Below the pieces are notes generated by a model that saw only the letters and a list, made by a program, of their open reading frames with translations, had not been told where the DNA came from and did no database searches. Below, in pieces: positions 12,193-24,985 of a stretch of 64,000 nt of DNA. The stretch is from the NCBI GenBank assembly GCA_043228905.1, contig JBHGNT010000004.1, forward strand, positions 20,584,001-20,648,000, in the 5' to 3' direction. Numbering within the stretch: the stretch's first letter is position 1; each line of letters starts with the position of its first letter. Position numbers and translations under genes: made by a program. The DNA is from Azolla caroliniana. Its lineage: Eukaryota > Plantae > Polypodiophyta.

Positions 12193-12825
12193 TGTCGAGG
12201 TATTCCTCGCGGATGCGTGGAATGAGGCGGGACCTCGGGGGTCCTGTACCGAAGAGCAAGAGAGAAAGGAGAAGAGACCCACTACGTGCGAGCATAGATT
12301 CACAGGGACACGGCCCTTCGACACAAAGACGCGAGTGGGACAGCGACACAGAGAGACACGAATGTATGTATGTATTAACAAAGACAAACAACAAGAACAC
12401 GAAGTCGGTTACAACCGACCAGGCCGGGGAACAAATGCCGATGCCTGTTCGTAAACGCACAGAAAGAAAGGAGTAGGTTGGAGGTGCTGCCGGAAGCACT
12501 CGGGCATTCCTCAGAGCAGCGCGAGGCTCCCGAAACCTGCAGAGAAGAAGCTATGGAGTTTGGAAGAGAGAGAAGCCTTCGGCCCACAATCCGACAACAC
12601 TTCGTCCTCCTTCCTTCGCGATCCCTCCTCCTCCTTGTCTCCCTCCTTTTCATAGGCAAGAAGGGAGCCGTTTCCTATTAACTTCCTACCTACCGAATCT
12701 ACCTACCTAGGATCTCCCATGTCCCTAATTCTCTCCTATGTACAACACAAGGCGTACGTGCATGAAGAGCCGGTTCCTATGCTCCGGCGCACCGATTCCA
12801 CTCGTGGACGGTTTTCTTCACGACA
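12193..12825 (-). repeat. 3' LTR of Gypsy C (633 bp)
   Basis: TGTCG...CGACA; direct repeat of 18551-19184. Confidence 0.95.
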
Positions 12826-12898
12826 TCCGCCCCCACCTAACCGCACATCCACCGGTATGCGCCAAATTGAGTTGGGACGGAGAAAACCGGTCCAACCT

Positions 12899-15800
12899 TC
12901 ATTCCCCGCCCGTCGGTTCTTCCTCGGTTTCGGATCGTTCGTCGTTCCGGTCCAAGTTAACCGGATCCGGCTCGTCGTCGTGACGCTTCTTGAACGTTTT
13001 GATCCGCTTCCCAGCTAACGGTATTGCCATTCTCGTGCCGTTGAGTTCCGCCAGATGGTACGTCCCATTGTCGTTGGCGCTTTGTACCACGTAAGGCCCG
13101 AACCACCTTCTTGCGAACTTCCGTGTCGTTCGGTGCTGGTTGTCGAGGCTGCTATCGTAGACTAGCACCCAGTCGCCTTCCTCGATCTTCTTCGGTCGGA
13201 GCCGGTGCGTTCGGTCGAACCGGGCTTTGTTCCTCATCCTTGCTTCTCGAAGCTTTTCTGCAGCCTGCTCCACGTCCTCCGGTCTTCGCTGGAGCTGTCG
13301 TATACGCGCCGCCAGCAGTTCCTCCCGGCTCATCTCGTCTCTCCAGTCCACGGTTGCCCACGAGGAGATCGTACGTTCCATCGGCATGATCAACTTCTGC
13401 CCAAACATGAGCTCTGCCGGCATGAATCCGGTTACCAAACTGTGCGTAGTTCGGTCCGCCCACAACGCGTAAGGCAATAGCCGCGGCCAGTTCCCGACTT
13501 GTCCTCCGCATGCCCGAACTAACGCCTTGATGACCGGTCCATGTCCGCGCTCCACCTTCCCATTCGCCTCCGGATTGTATGCAGTGGTGAGCGAGAGCTT
13601 GACTCCTAGCCGGTCTAACAGCTCCTCGGCCTCTTCAGCGTCCAACTCCCCGCGATCAGCCACGATCTTCCCGACGCACCCGTATCGGCATATCACGTCC
13701 TCGATCAGGAACCGACATACGACCGCGGTCGTTTTGTTCTGAAGGGCTCGGCCTTCCACCTGGTTCGTCAGATCTTCCCGAGCCAGGACCAGATACCGCA
13801 TCTATCCTACTCCCATCGGCATCGTCACCAGGTCTACCATCCATTTGAAGTGGATGGTCGGAGGGTATGTAGGGTGAAGCTCGTCCCGATGTCGAACTAC
13901 GGAGTGCATCTGACAGCTCTCGCAAGTTGTCACGAACCGATGCACGTCCCGGTACAGTCCCGGCCACCAGTACTTCCCCTATATCTTCTCGAACGTGGCC
14001 CACGTTCCACGGTGACCAGCCCAAGGGCTGTCGTGGTAGGCCGTCAGCAGCTCCTCCTGTTCTTCCTTCATCTCCACCACCCGGAGCGGGACGCCGTTCC
14101 TCTTCTTTGGGTGCTTCCATAAGTATCCGTCCCGGAGAAAGAAGCGGTATGCTTTCTTCCGGATCCGGTTGGCCTCGTCCCTCGTCCACGACGCATCCGG
14201 CATCATTGTCCGCAAGAAGCCACCGATCTGGAGCCACTCGCCGTCGTACTTGCTCTTGTCGAAGTCGTTAAGTGCCGGAGTGCTCGTCCCATCGGTCGTC
14301 ACGTACGCCGCCTCGAAGAAGTCCACGCCGACTTCTTCGTCCTCCGAAACCATGCCGCCCTCGTCATCAAACCTCGCCCTCGAAAGCATGTCGGCCATGG
14401 CGTTGTCCTTTCCGGAAATGTGCCGTATTTCCGGATCCAGGGACTTGATGTATGCTATCCACCGGAGCATCGCCAGGTCCGGTGTCGCGCATCCGAGAAT
14501 CGGCAGGCAATCCGTCTCGATAATCACTTCTGTCCCGATCAGGTAGTCTTTGTCGGCCTTTACTGCCGAAACGATACCCTAGAGTTTGCGTTTAGCCTGG
14601 GCGTACCCTCGCTGTCGCTCACTGAGGACCTTCGCGCCGAATCGGATCGGGAACCGAATGCCGTCCTTGTCTTCTTGGTTGACGACCCATCCTATCCCGG
14701 TCGGGCTCGTATCCACCGTTATGTATACCAGGGTACCCTTCTCGTAGACAGCCTTCCGGAGCGCCGGTGCTACCGCAAGAGCTTCCTTCAGCTTTCGGAC
14801 CGACTCCGTGTGCTCGTCTCGCCACTCGAATTTTTGCCCTTTCTTCAGCAACCCGTATAGCAGCTCCGCAATGTGGGCGTAATGCGGGATCCATATGTGG
14901 TAGAATGCGCATGCCCCCAGGAACCTCCGAACTTCCGTAACCGAGCTACAGTCGGCCTTCATCGCGGAGATGGCTTCTACCTTTGCCGGAGACGGCTTCC
15001 GGCCATACGGTCCACACAGGTGTCCGACCACCAGGATTTCTGATTGCCCGAAGGCCGATTTCTCCCCGGAGAAGGTGAGCCTCGCATCCTCTAGCCTTTG
15101 TAGCACCTTCTCGCAGTCGTCGATGTGTGTTGCCACGAATCGCCGGCATCCGTCCAGCCCGACTGTCTCGTCCTTCTCTTCCACCGGGCACCCCTTTATC
15201 GGGATGTCGTCCAGAAATGGCATGGTGATGTCCGGGATGTAATCCCTCAGTACCTTGTTCATTGCATTCACCATGTGGGCCACCGAGTTGGTCCCTCCTT
15301 GCGGCAGGGTACACATTCGCACTAGGCCGAGGGGAGTTCGCATCGTCGTAATGTCTCTGCTCTCCACGGCTAACTGGAACTGGTCGTACCCCGAGTACAG
15401 ATCACCGATCGAGTAAATCGACCTTCCGGCGAAGGCCTCCGCGAACTCGTCTATGGTCGGTCCGATTCCTGCGTTCCGAATGGTCACTCTGTTGACCGGC
15501 TGCAGGTCTTGAATGAAGCGCAATGTTCCGTTTTTCTTTGGTACGGTAAACCATCGGTTCGAGTATGGCGCGCTCGACGGCTCGAGAATACCCATATCGA
15601 CTTTCTGCCTCAGTAGCTCCATCAACTCCGGGATGTGAGCTCTTGGTACCGGAATCGGCTTGAGATTCCACGGCACATGCGGTACCATGAATATCACCAT
15701 CGGCTCCACGATTGTCGGGTCTACGCACCCGATCTCTTCCGGTGAGAATGCGAAGGCTTTCCCGTGCCTTCCGAGCATTCTCCGAAACCGGTATTCCTCC

Positions 15801-16380
15801 GCCGGCAGTAGGAACCCGCCCCCACCGATCTTGAGCTCCCGGAGCATCCCGTCGGTGAAGGTGTGTCCTATGCAGGCCAGATCTCGTAAACTGGGGTCTG
15901 ACGCAACCCCTCTGATTCGGGACTGGCTGCCCTCCGGTAAGGGTGCCGCGACTGGCCTTACCTTCCAGTCCACAGTCTTGTACTTTGTGCTAACTCGGGC
16001 CGTCCGATCCGACTGGAGTCCCTGGCTGAAGTTCGCGATGACTTCGTACATCTCTTCGGAACATACCGGTATCGTCCGGTCTTCGTTAAGGTCTTCTCCG
16101 GCTACCTTCCTCAGCATCCCCAAGGTGTCGTCGAAGGAGACCGCCTCCACGGCCCCGCTGATTTCCTCGTCCGGGCCGAGAACTCCGCTCGCTTGAAGTT
16201 GTACTTCCGCCCTTGCCCTTTCTCGGCCAACAATGCCGACTAGCATACACCCTCCGTTGTTGGAGAAGCAAAATTTCCTACCTATCGTACAGGGTTTCTT
16301 CGGTTTCGGTTCTATCGTACAGCTGTGGGGTCTTTCCCGAGTGTCCGGACTGTCTCGGCCCCACGCCTTGGCAGCCCTCT
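12899..16380 (-). pseudogene. pol: Gypsy C pol (RT, RNase H, integrase), disrupted
   Basis: ORF pieces 14579-16246, 13979-14527, 12899-13801; DLYSGYDQF, PFLDDIP, HDSPWAGH, WFGPY; stops, a frameshift and a 12-nt deletion relative to copy E. Confidence 0.92.
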
Positions 16381-18507
16381 CTAAAAATCCTCCCGGTTCT
16401 CGCCACCGAGGGACTCGCGGTTTCGCTCGTGGTTCGGCCGCACTGTCAGAAATTGGACCGAATGGCGCCCGTCCTGGCTTTTGACCCTCGCGTAGGCCGA
16501 ACCGTTGTCCAGCACTTTGGTCTCCATTCTCGCCACCGTGATGTATGGTTCCCCTAAAATGACTGGGTGCGAGGACGTCTCCTGTACGAAGAAGTGCTGG
16601 TCAATCTCGACGTCGCCAATCTTGACTCACACGTTCGGGCAGGCCCCATGCAGTTCCTCGGTGGCACGCGTCGCCGCCCGTATCTTCCACCCGTGCTTGG
16701 TGTTGATCGGCCACTTTCCCTTCTTATAGAAGTCCATGGACATTAGGTTTATTTCCGAACCGTGGTCCACCAGTGCCACCACCGGTTCCTAAACATCTTC
16801 GATCTTTACCGGGGTCTCCGTGGTCGCTTGGGCCCAGTGCGGCCTTGAATAGTGGCTCTCCGCCCACTCATCTTCTAGCGCCATGTCGTCGATGTGCGTC
16901 GTTCGCACCTCCACCGGTCTTTCCGGTTCCGTCTCCGTCGACAGCCTCCTCCGTTTCACCAGGTCCACAATGGAGTCGTGGAACTCCTTCTTGGCGATCC
17001 CTAGCACCTCCCGTAATGACAGCTCCACTTTGTTGTCGAGGACCCGTTCTTCTAGGACCTTTCGTAGGTCCGTAGTCCTTTCTATTTCCGTCCCCAGTCC
17101 GTATCCGCCCTTCCTGGGGTTATCTTGCGAGCTGGACCCACCGGCATCGTTCCGTCGTTGCCCGAATCGGGTCTCGTACCGTTGTGAGGGCCCGGCCGCT
17201 CCGACTTTCCCCACTCGTTTGTCTTCTACCAGAGCCTCGTTGTTCCGGCAGGCGGCTTCTACGAAGCCTGTCTTCTCCTCGACCGGATCGCTCCACCCGG
17301 TTATTTCCCGGACCCGTCTCTCAGCGCGGTCCGTTTCATCTTTCCTTAGCCGTGCGCCGGCAAGACCTTCGAGCATTGCCGACCAGAATCCGTCTTTGCC
17401 CTCCTTTCGGGCCTCGTTGCCCCCGACCCAAATGCCGGCCGACGCCGAATAGTGGATGGCCTCCACGTGTCGGGCCGCTGCCTCTTCCATCAGTCTCTTC
17501 ATCCCTCCTCGCCCGTCGTTTCGGTTTAGGTCCCTTCTGGTGTCGCCGGCGTGCACCCGGCCTTCCCACAGGTATACCACCCGGTTCCTCAACGCTTCTG
17601 CGAAATCGCCGCAGTCCTTCCGGATGTGGCCGACCTCGTCGCACCACATGCACATGTTCCCCGCTACCGGCCGTCGGTCACGAGCCGGTTCGCCGCCTTC
17701 CCTTCGAGTCTGGGTGATCTGGAGATCCTTTATCGCCCGCGTCAACTCCTCCAGCGCTGCTCCTTCGGACGAGCCACTGACCATGTCGGTCGAAGCCGGA
17801 CCAGTTTCTAGACATTCCCGGGTTTCTTCCCTTCGCCCTTGCGGTGCCGGTTCAAGCCTCCTTGCTGTGACAGAGCCCGCACCAGCTGCCCCGTTGTCAG
17901 CCCATTCTCGCCGTTTGTCGAAACGGCCACAGACTCTCTTAACCGCAGCCTAGTCGGTCGTCAGCCCGTCTTCGGTTTCCAGCAACGAGCCAACTTGATC
18001 CCGGTCCCGCACGTCCACCGACTTGACGAACAGTAGGACCCGGCTCGTATCCAGAACGGTTCGGTCAAGCGCCGAAAGGCACGCAAAGCGTTCTTCGAAC
18101 TCCCGGAGGAGTGCCGACGCGTTTCTTCCCTTGCCGGGGGACTCCACCCATTCCATGAAGTCTCGTTTCGAAAGCCGGAGCGCGTCGTCCAACCCATATT
18201 TTTCTAGGAGTCGGCCTTCGAACTCCTCCCAGGTACGGCTCTCCGCCTGCACCTCGAGCACCTCCGCATGGATGCTCGGCATCGCCACTCGAGGAAACCC
18301 GGCAAGACGCCTCTCTTCCGGAATGTCCCGCATTAGCATTTCTGCCCCGTAGGACGCCAAATACTTCGTGGCATCCTTTCCGCTGAACCGGCCGATCGTA
18401 CCGACGACCGCCTCAATGGCTCTATTGAGGGCGCCGGAGCCCTCACGTGCGCTCAATATCCGATCCACGACCGAAGCCATGGCCTCCGCAAGATCTGACC
18501 CTTTCAT
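16381..18507 (-). pseudogene. gag: Gypsy C gag-protease, disrupted
   Basis: CMWCDEVGHIRKDC zinc knuckle; premature TAG at about 17950 and 16789; ends GAG GAT TTT TAG. Confidence 0.9.
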
Positions 18508-18529
18508 CTTCTGCTCTTCTGCCGCCCCT

Positions 18530-18547
18530 TTCACGTCGGGTTCACCA
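18530..18547 (-). promoter_or_regulatory. Primer binding site, tRNA-Trp
   Basis: TGGTGAACCCGACGTGAA, complementary to the 3' end of plant cytosolic tRNA-Trp (...TTCACGTCGGGTTCA-CCA, recalled sequence). Confidence 0.85.
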
Positions 18548-18550
18548 AGA

Positions 18551-19184
18551 TGTCGAGGTATTCCTCGCGGATGCGTAGGAAGAGGCGGGACCTCGGGGGT
18601 CCTGTACCAAAGAGCAAGAGAGAAAGGAGAAGAGACCCACTACGTGCGAGCGTAGATTCACAAGGACATGGCCCTTCGACACAAAGACGCGAGTGGGACA
18701 GCGACACAGAGAGACACGAATGTATGTATGTATTAACAAAGACAAACAACAAGAACACGAAGTCGGTTACAACCGACCAGGCCGGCGAACAGATGCCGAT
18801 GCCTGTTCGTAAACGCACAGAAAGAAAGGAGTAGGTTGGAGGTGCTGCCGGAAGCACTCGGGCATTCCTCATAAGCAGCGCGAGCCTCCCGAAACCTGCA
18901 GAGAAGAAGCTATGGAGTTTGGAAGAGAGAGAAGCCTTCGGCCCACAATCCGACAACACTTCGTCCTCCTTCCTTCGCGATCCCTCCTCCTCCTTGTCTC
19001 CCTCCTTTTCATAGGCAAGAAGGGATCCGTTTCCTATTAACTTCCTACCTACCGAATCTACCTACCTAGGATCTCCCATGTCCCTAATTCTCTCCTATGT
19101 ACAACACAAGGCGTACGTACATGAAGAGCCGGTTCCTATGCTCCGGCGCACCGATTCCGCTCGTGGACGGTTTTCTTCACGACA
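18551..19184 (-). repeat. 5' LTR of Gypsy C (634 bp)
   Basis: Direct repeat of 12193-12825, adjacent to the PBS. Confidence 0.95.
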
Positions 19185-22100
19185 ACACGCTCTAATCTCA
19201 CGCAGACAAGAATAATAACCACACATAGTCACATAAAAAGTTTGCCCTAAGTCATATTTATACTACTATGACTTTTCGGCTATTTACAAATATAGCCATG
19301 ATGGGCTCTCAGAAACATATTTACGAATATGTCTCTTCATCCGGTGAGCACTTCTCACCGGTTCTGCACCATCCGGCTCTCCGTAGCTGGGTACTCCTCA
19401 TCCGGTCTTCACCGGGTCTACACCATCCGGCTCTCCGTAGCTGGGTACTCATCATACGGTTTCCCACTGTTCATCAACACTGTTCTTCTCCTTTCCCATC
19501 CAGAGGGACCTGTCTCCCAACAGTTGTATCATAACCGACATCGCTGGCCAGGAGAAAAGATGGGTGCAAGGGCACTTGAAGGCTTGGGAGCCTTGGGCCC
19601 CGACGACAAGATCAGTGGCATCGTGAAGGCGGTCTCATTCGACGACATCCTCAGAGAGATCGGGAAGGTGATAGAGGAAGGCTTAAGTGAAGGCCAGACG
19701 ATTCCAGTCGGTTCAATTCACAAGTATGAGGTTATTGCGGAGTTCGGATGGATGGTTGGGGCAAATCGGACCACTCAAGTGGGCACTAAGTACAAGACAG
19801 TGGACCGGAAGGTGAGGCCAGTTGCAGATCCCTTACCGGAGGATAGTTGGGAGCAGATGAAAGGGGCTGCGATCGACCCAAGTTTATGAGATCCGTATGG
19901 CATAGGGCACCGCTTCACCGACTAGACGCTACAGAAGTTGAAGTTCGGTGGGGGTGGCTTCTTACTGCCCGCAAAGGAGGACCGGTTTTGGAGGATGCTC
20001 GAAAGGCATGGGAAGGCCTTTGCATTCTCACCGGGGGAGATCAGGTATGTCAACCCGACAATCGTGGAACCGATGGTAATCTTCGCGGTACCGCCTATAA
20101 CATGGAACCTCAAACCGATTTCGGTGCCGAGGGCTCACATCCCAAAGTTGATGCAGTTGCTCAAGGAAAAGGTCAACATGGTGAATTCTCGATCCGTCGA
20201 GTGCTCCATATTCGAATCGGTGGTTCGTCGTGCCGAAAAAGAATGGCACACTGCGCTTCATTTAGGACCTACAACTGATCAACAAGGTGAACATTCAAAA
20301 CGCAAGAGTACGGTCGACAATCGATGAGTTTGCAAAGGCCTTCACCGGAAGGTTAATCTACTCGGTCGACTATCTATACTTAGGGTACGATCAATTCTAG
20401 CTAGCCGTTGAAAGCAGAGACATCACGACGATGCGGACCCCTCTCGGCTTAGTTCGGATGTGAACCCTGCCGCAAGGAGGTACCAATTCAGTGGCGCACA
20501 TGGTGAATGCAATGAACAAAGTGTTGAGGGATTGCATTCTGGACATGAACATGCCATTTCTGGACGACATCCCAATAAAGGGATGTCCGGAGGACGCGAA
20601 GGATGAGTTGGTCGGAGAGGACGAATGTAGGAAGTTCATGTCAGACCACATCGTCGACTACGAGAAGATACTGACCTTCTCCGGAGAGAAATCGGCATTT
20701 GCGAACCATACGGCTGGAAATCGTCTCCGACGAAAGTAGAGGCCATTTCGGCAATGAAAAAAGTATGTCGGACAATCACAGACGTCCAACGAATCCTAGG
20801 GGCCTGCTTAAAAAGGGGCGGAAATTTGAGTGGGGAGGAGAACACTTGGAGGCAGTTCAGAGACTAAAGGGGATGTTGACGGTGACACAGGCTCATCGAA
20901 AGGCGATATACGAGAAGGACTCTCCGATTTTCGTCATGGTCAACACGAGTCCGACCAGAATCAGATGGGTGATTAACCTGGAGGATGAACGTAGAATGCG
21001 ATTCACTATCTGATTCGGCGCAAAGTTTCTAAGTGAGGTGCAGCGAGGATATGCCCAAGTTAAGCGTGAACTATGGGGTATCGTTTCGGCAGTTAAGGCC
21101 GACAAGGATTGTCTGATTGGGACGAAGGTGATAATCGAGACGGACTGCCTACCGATTCTCGATATGGTTTCCGGATGTGTGACTCTAGCCCTAGAAATGC
21201 TCAGGTGGATTGCGTACATAAAGTCCCTTAATCCGGAGATACGACACATCTCCGGGAAAGATAATGCCATGGCCGACATGCTATTGAGGGCACAGTATGA
21301 AGACGAAAACAACATCGTATTGGAGGACGAAGAAGTCAGCATGGACTTCTTCGAGTCGGTTCAAGTGTCGGCGAACAAACGAAGCACTCCGGCCCTGAAC
21401 GAGTTCAATGAGAACAACTACGACAGGGAGTAGCTTCGAATTGGAAGGTTCCTAAGCACGATGGCGCCGGACGAGTCCTCGGCGAGGGAGGAGGCGAGTC
21501 GGATCCGGAATAAGGCATATAAGTTCTTCCTACGAGGACCAAGCAGTAGTCATGTCAAAATTTCATGCGAGTCTCAAGTCCAAACACTGAGATATGTGGC
21601 AACGTTCGAGAAGCTGAAGGAGAAGTATTGGTGGCCGAGAATGTATCATGGCCTGCAACTCTTCGTGACGACCTGCGAGAGTTTTCAGGTACATTCTGTG
21701 ATTTGGCACCATGACGAGTTGCACTCGACCTACCCGTTAGCCATACACTTCAAGTGGATGGTCGATTTAGTGACGATGTCGAGGGGGGTAGGGAAAATTA
21801 GGTACCTAGTGCTTCCAAAGGAGGACCTGACGAACCAGGTAAATGGTCGAGCCTTAACAAACAAGAAAATCGTGGCCGTATGCTGGTTCTTAATCGAGGA
21901 CATGATTTGTCGGTACAGATGCGTAGGGAGGATCGTGCCCGACTGGGGAGAATTGGAGGCACAAGAAGCCGAGGAGTTGTTCAGCCGACTAGGGGTCAAG
22001 CTTTTCCTCACGACGACATACAATCCAGAGGCAAACGGGAAGGTCGAAAGAGGGCAAGTTCTGATCGTGAAGGCCATCGTATGCACGTGCGATAGATGAG

Positions 22101-22403
22101 TCGAGAACTAGCCGCGTTGACTGCCTTATGCGCTATGGGCGAACCGGACTACACACAATTCGGTAACCGAGTTCATGCCAGCTGAACTCATGTTTGGACA
22201 GAAGCCCATCGTGACGGAAAAACAAACGATCACATCATGGATGACAGTTGATTGGGTAGAAGAGATGAGTCGAGAGGGGTTGATGGTCGCGCAGATTCAA
22301 CAACTCGAGAGACGACTGGAGGACGTAGAACAAGCTAAGGAAAAGCTACAGACGGCGTAGGAAAAGAACAAAGATCATTTCGACCGAACGCACCGATTGA
22401 GGC

Positions 22404-23585
22404 CTATTAATAATTAGGTAATTAAGCAAGGGTTAATTAACATCTAATTATGTGAGTAGTTAATCATGTATGTGTTAAGCAACGGAAGATTATGTGATGT
22501 GCGTGTGAGGAAGAGAGAGAGAGAGGAAGTTACACTTATGAACAATAATAGAAATGGGGGATGATTAACAAGAGTGTATATTAAAACACATCATCATTTA
22601 ATACAAATATACCCACAATGAGGTATGTATAGATATTATGTGCAAGAGTGCACATGTGTGAGGAGAATATAGGTACAAAGGTATAAGTCCTATATTAAAT
22701 GAACTTGGTAGTGGAGGATCTAGAATGTATCCCCACTTACGTTGTCGTGATGTGGCGTGCTCGAGAGTGGGAAAAACCGGCGAAAGGGGGGTTCAAAATG
22801 TGCATGTACAATGTGTGTGCACACAAAGGCAATTAATTATGCACATGCAAAAGAAAAGGGAAAAGAAAGGGTGGAAAGGATGTATAAAAGCTCGTGTAAA
22901 AAGTAAGAGAGAGGAGAGATAAAAAGTTGAGGGGAGATAGGCTATGAATTTGTAGAGATAAAATTATATATTATATAAAAGAGAGTTAATGGGTTAGTGA
23001 ATAGTCACATTAATTTTTAGTTAGAGGTGCATGGTTCAAATCTGGTCTTATAATGCAACGTGATTTAAGGAAATTTTATTCCTTTTGCATTGAAGACAAA
23101 ATTGGCGACCCCCTTCTTTTTTTCCTATAAAAGGAGGTCGAGGGGGGCTCATTTGGGTGGACATTTTTAGAGGCGGAGACTATCGCCATTTTTCCTTTAG
23201 AGCTCTTCATCTTCTTCTTCACCACTTCTCTTCATCCCCTCATCGCCATGTGCTCATCTTCTTCGCGTTGGCACTCAAACTACTCGTTTATGGTGCTCGT
23301 GAGCCCGAGCTTCATTGGTTCGACGTTGGTTCGCCCCGTTTGTCATTGCGAGCCAATGTACTCGCCGTTCGGGTGGTTGTGGTTCGTTGGGGTCGGCATT
23401 TTTGTGGTGCTTGTGTGTTCGTGCTCCGTGTTCAGATTTGCTCTTGTCTCTAAGGGCATTTAGTATTTATGTTTTGTTGAGTTTGTGGTTAACTATAAGT
23501 TGCCACATTGTAATCAAACCCTATTTTATAAAGGGCCCTCTTGTGTTGGAATTGAACATATATTTATTTCTTTAGCCAATATCAT
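22404..23585 (+). other. AT-rich unassigned segment, probably a truncated LTR of another family
   Basis: Abrupt composition change; CCTATAAAAGG near 23124 followed by a pyrimidine-rich leader; ends ...AATATCA; no partner copy or TSD in the window. Confidence 0.4.
22990..23043 (+). other. Degenerate tRNA-like box A / box B module
   Basis: TGGGTTAGTGA at 22990-23000 and GAGGTGCATGGTTCAAATCT ending at 23043, close to the GAGGTGCAGGGTTCAAATCC of the Gypsy H LTRs. Confidence 0.4.
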
Positions 23586-23607
23586 TAGTGTTTTTTTTTT
23601 TTTTTTT

Positions 23608-24382
23608 TGTTCGGGATGCGTACATTCGCAATGCTCCCGAACACTTTGAGGTGCAACAAGATCGGCTTCCTTCCAACAAGGATCTCGTATGGAGTTAGCT
23701 CATGTACTCCATTAGTGGTGCACCGATTCATGACATAGACGGTCTTGGATGCCACTTCGGCCCAATAGAAATGTGGCATGTGCTTCTCATGCATCATGGC
23801 ACATGCCACCTCGAGTATGTGTCGATTCTTCCTTTCGGCTACTCCATTTTGTTGAGGTGTGTGTCAGCATGAGAATTCTCTTCGTATGTCTTCACTTTGG
23901 AGGTAGGAGACGAATTCGTCGGAGAAGTACTCATTGCCTCCATTCAATAGTAGACATCGAATGCGCCGACCAGTTTCTTTTTCCACTTGGCTCTTGAGCT
24001 TTTGGAAGTGGGAGAGCAGTTCACTCGTCTTCTTCATCGAAAAGATCCACGTGTAGTGCGATTAGTCATCGATGAAGGTGACGTAGTATCGGCATCCGCC
24101 GATCATCGGTGTTTGAGCCGATCAACATACATCCGAATGGATGACGTCAAGGAGGCCTTTGCTTACATAGCTCTCCTTTGGAAATGGGAGTCGATGTTGT
24201 TTGCCGAGTTGACATGCTTCACACACTCGGTCGACTCGTTTTGACTCAAAGGTCGGAACTCCGATGACGACTCCCTTTGATTGCATAGCTTGGCATCGTT
24301 GGAGGTTGATGTGGCCGATTCTCTTATGCCACAACTTGATGCTTGTCTCGGTTTTGAGACCTTTGGCATACATGGCCGATTT
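23608..24382 (-). pseudogene. Old Copia integrase fragment of a different family (target of Gypsy G)
   Basis: LWHKRIGHIN...CEACQLGKQHRLPF...IHSDV and FYWAEVASKTVYVMNR...LKVFGS. Confidence 0.85.
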
Positions 24383-24854
24383 TGTTGACTGGCAACAAAG
24401 ACTTACAGGCCGGATAAAGTCTAGAATGGGAAAGGGATATTTATTTTAGAACTATCTATAATTATTATATTTTGAGAAGCGAACGGACGGACCCGGATTC
24501 GGTATGCCAATCCAGATCCGGACCGGTTCGTAACCGGTTGCTGGTTGGCACCGGTTCATACCCAGAGCCGGTGACCTATAAAAGGACCCGATTAGATTGT
24601 AATCAATTAGCGGTTTATTAATGAAAGTGTTGTTGTTCTATATCTTGTTTAATCTTTGGAGCTTTAGTTAATTATCGTTCTGTGCTTAATAGAATATCTT
24701 ACGCGTGTATTGAGATCATTAACCACACCGACTAATAGCTGGTTAGGAATACTTTTGTATCACGGTCTATGCCTACGCCACTTGCACCACCCTTTAGTGA
24801 AGTTTCCTAGAGGGACACCCTATGTTAGGGCTAGTCCTGCCCCAAGGAGTAACA
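24383..24854 (+). repeat. 5' LTR of Gypsy G
   Basis: TGTTGAC start shared with 45875; CCTATAAAAGG near 24575; right end inferred from GTAACA before a TGG-type PBS. Confidence 0.7.
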
Positions 24855-24861
24855 CAATTTT

Positions 24862-24871
24862 TGGTGACCAC
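24862..24871 (+). promoter_or_regulatory. Putative decayed PBS (possibly tRNA-Arg, TGGCGACCAC-like)
   Basis: TGGTGACCAC just after the inferred LTR end; tRNA identity is inferred. Confidence 0.4.
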
Positions 24872-24985
24872 GATTCCTACTCAAGCGTAGTGAACAACGG
24901 GGGGCATGGATGACTAAACCAACAAATGACCCAACAACGGAGCAAGCGCGACGACTCGTCGAACGACTACGGAAGCGCCAAGCGT

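Larger units (their letters stand above)
12193..19184 (-). mobile_element. Full-length Trp-primed Gypsy, copy C, nested in the Copia B LTR
   Basis: LTRs 12193-12825 and 18551-19184; 4-bp TSD ACAC (12189-12192 / 19185-19188); PBS 18530-18547; PPT complement at 12826-12835. Confidence 0.95.
6289..19522 (-). mobile_element. Full-length degenerate Copia copy B with a nested Gypsy and an internal duplication
   Basis: 5-bp TSD GTTGT (6284-6288 / 19523-19527); LTRs TGTTGGG...GTCA on the minus strand; PBS 11868-11879; PPT 7978-7986. Confidence 0.92.
11882..19522 (-). repeat. Copia B 5' LTR, split by Gypsy C (11882-12192 and 19185-19522)
   Basis: The two halves join to give a copy of 6289-6989 with one fewer 54-bp unit. 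Confidence 0.88.
5169..22403 (+). mobile_element. Old degenerate Trp-family Gypsy, copy I (gag-PR-RT-RH-INT remnants, no LTRs), host of Copia B
   Basis: 5169-6288 is gag/PR ending GAG GAT TTT TAG; pol continues at 19528-22403 with many stops and frameshifts; homologous to about 57780-61985. Confidence 0.88.

Noticed and set aside
23157-23575. Short ORFs after a TATA box as a host gene
   Set aside because: Low-complexity products, no recognisable domain or splice structure; context is transposon-derived
23590-23607. Poly(T) run as a retrocopy or LINE poly(A) tail
   Set aside because: It falls where Copia INT has a purine-rich Lys/Arg/Glu codon tract (RIPN-KKK); better explained by G>A decay and slippage; no TSD
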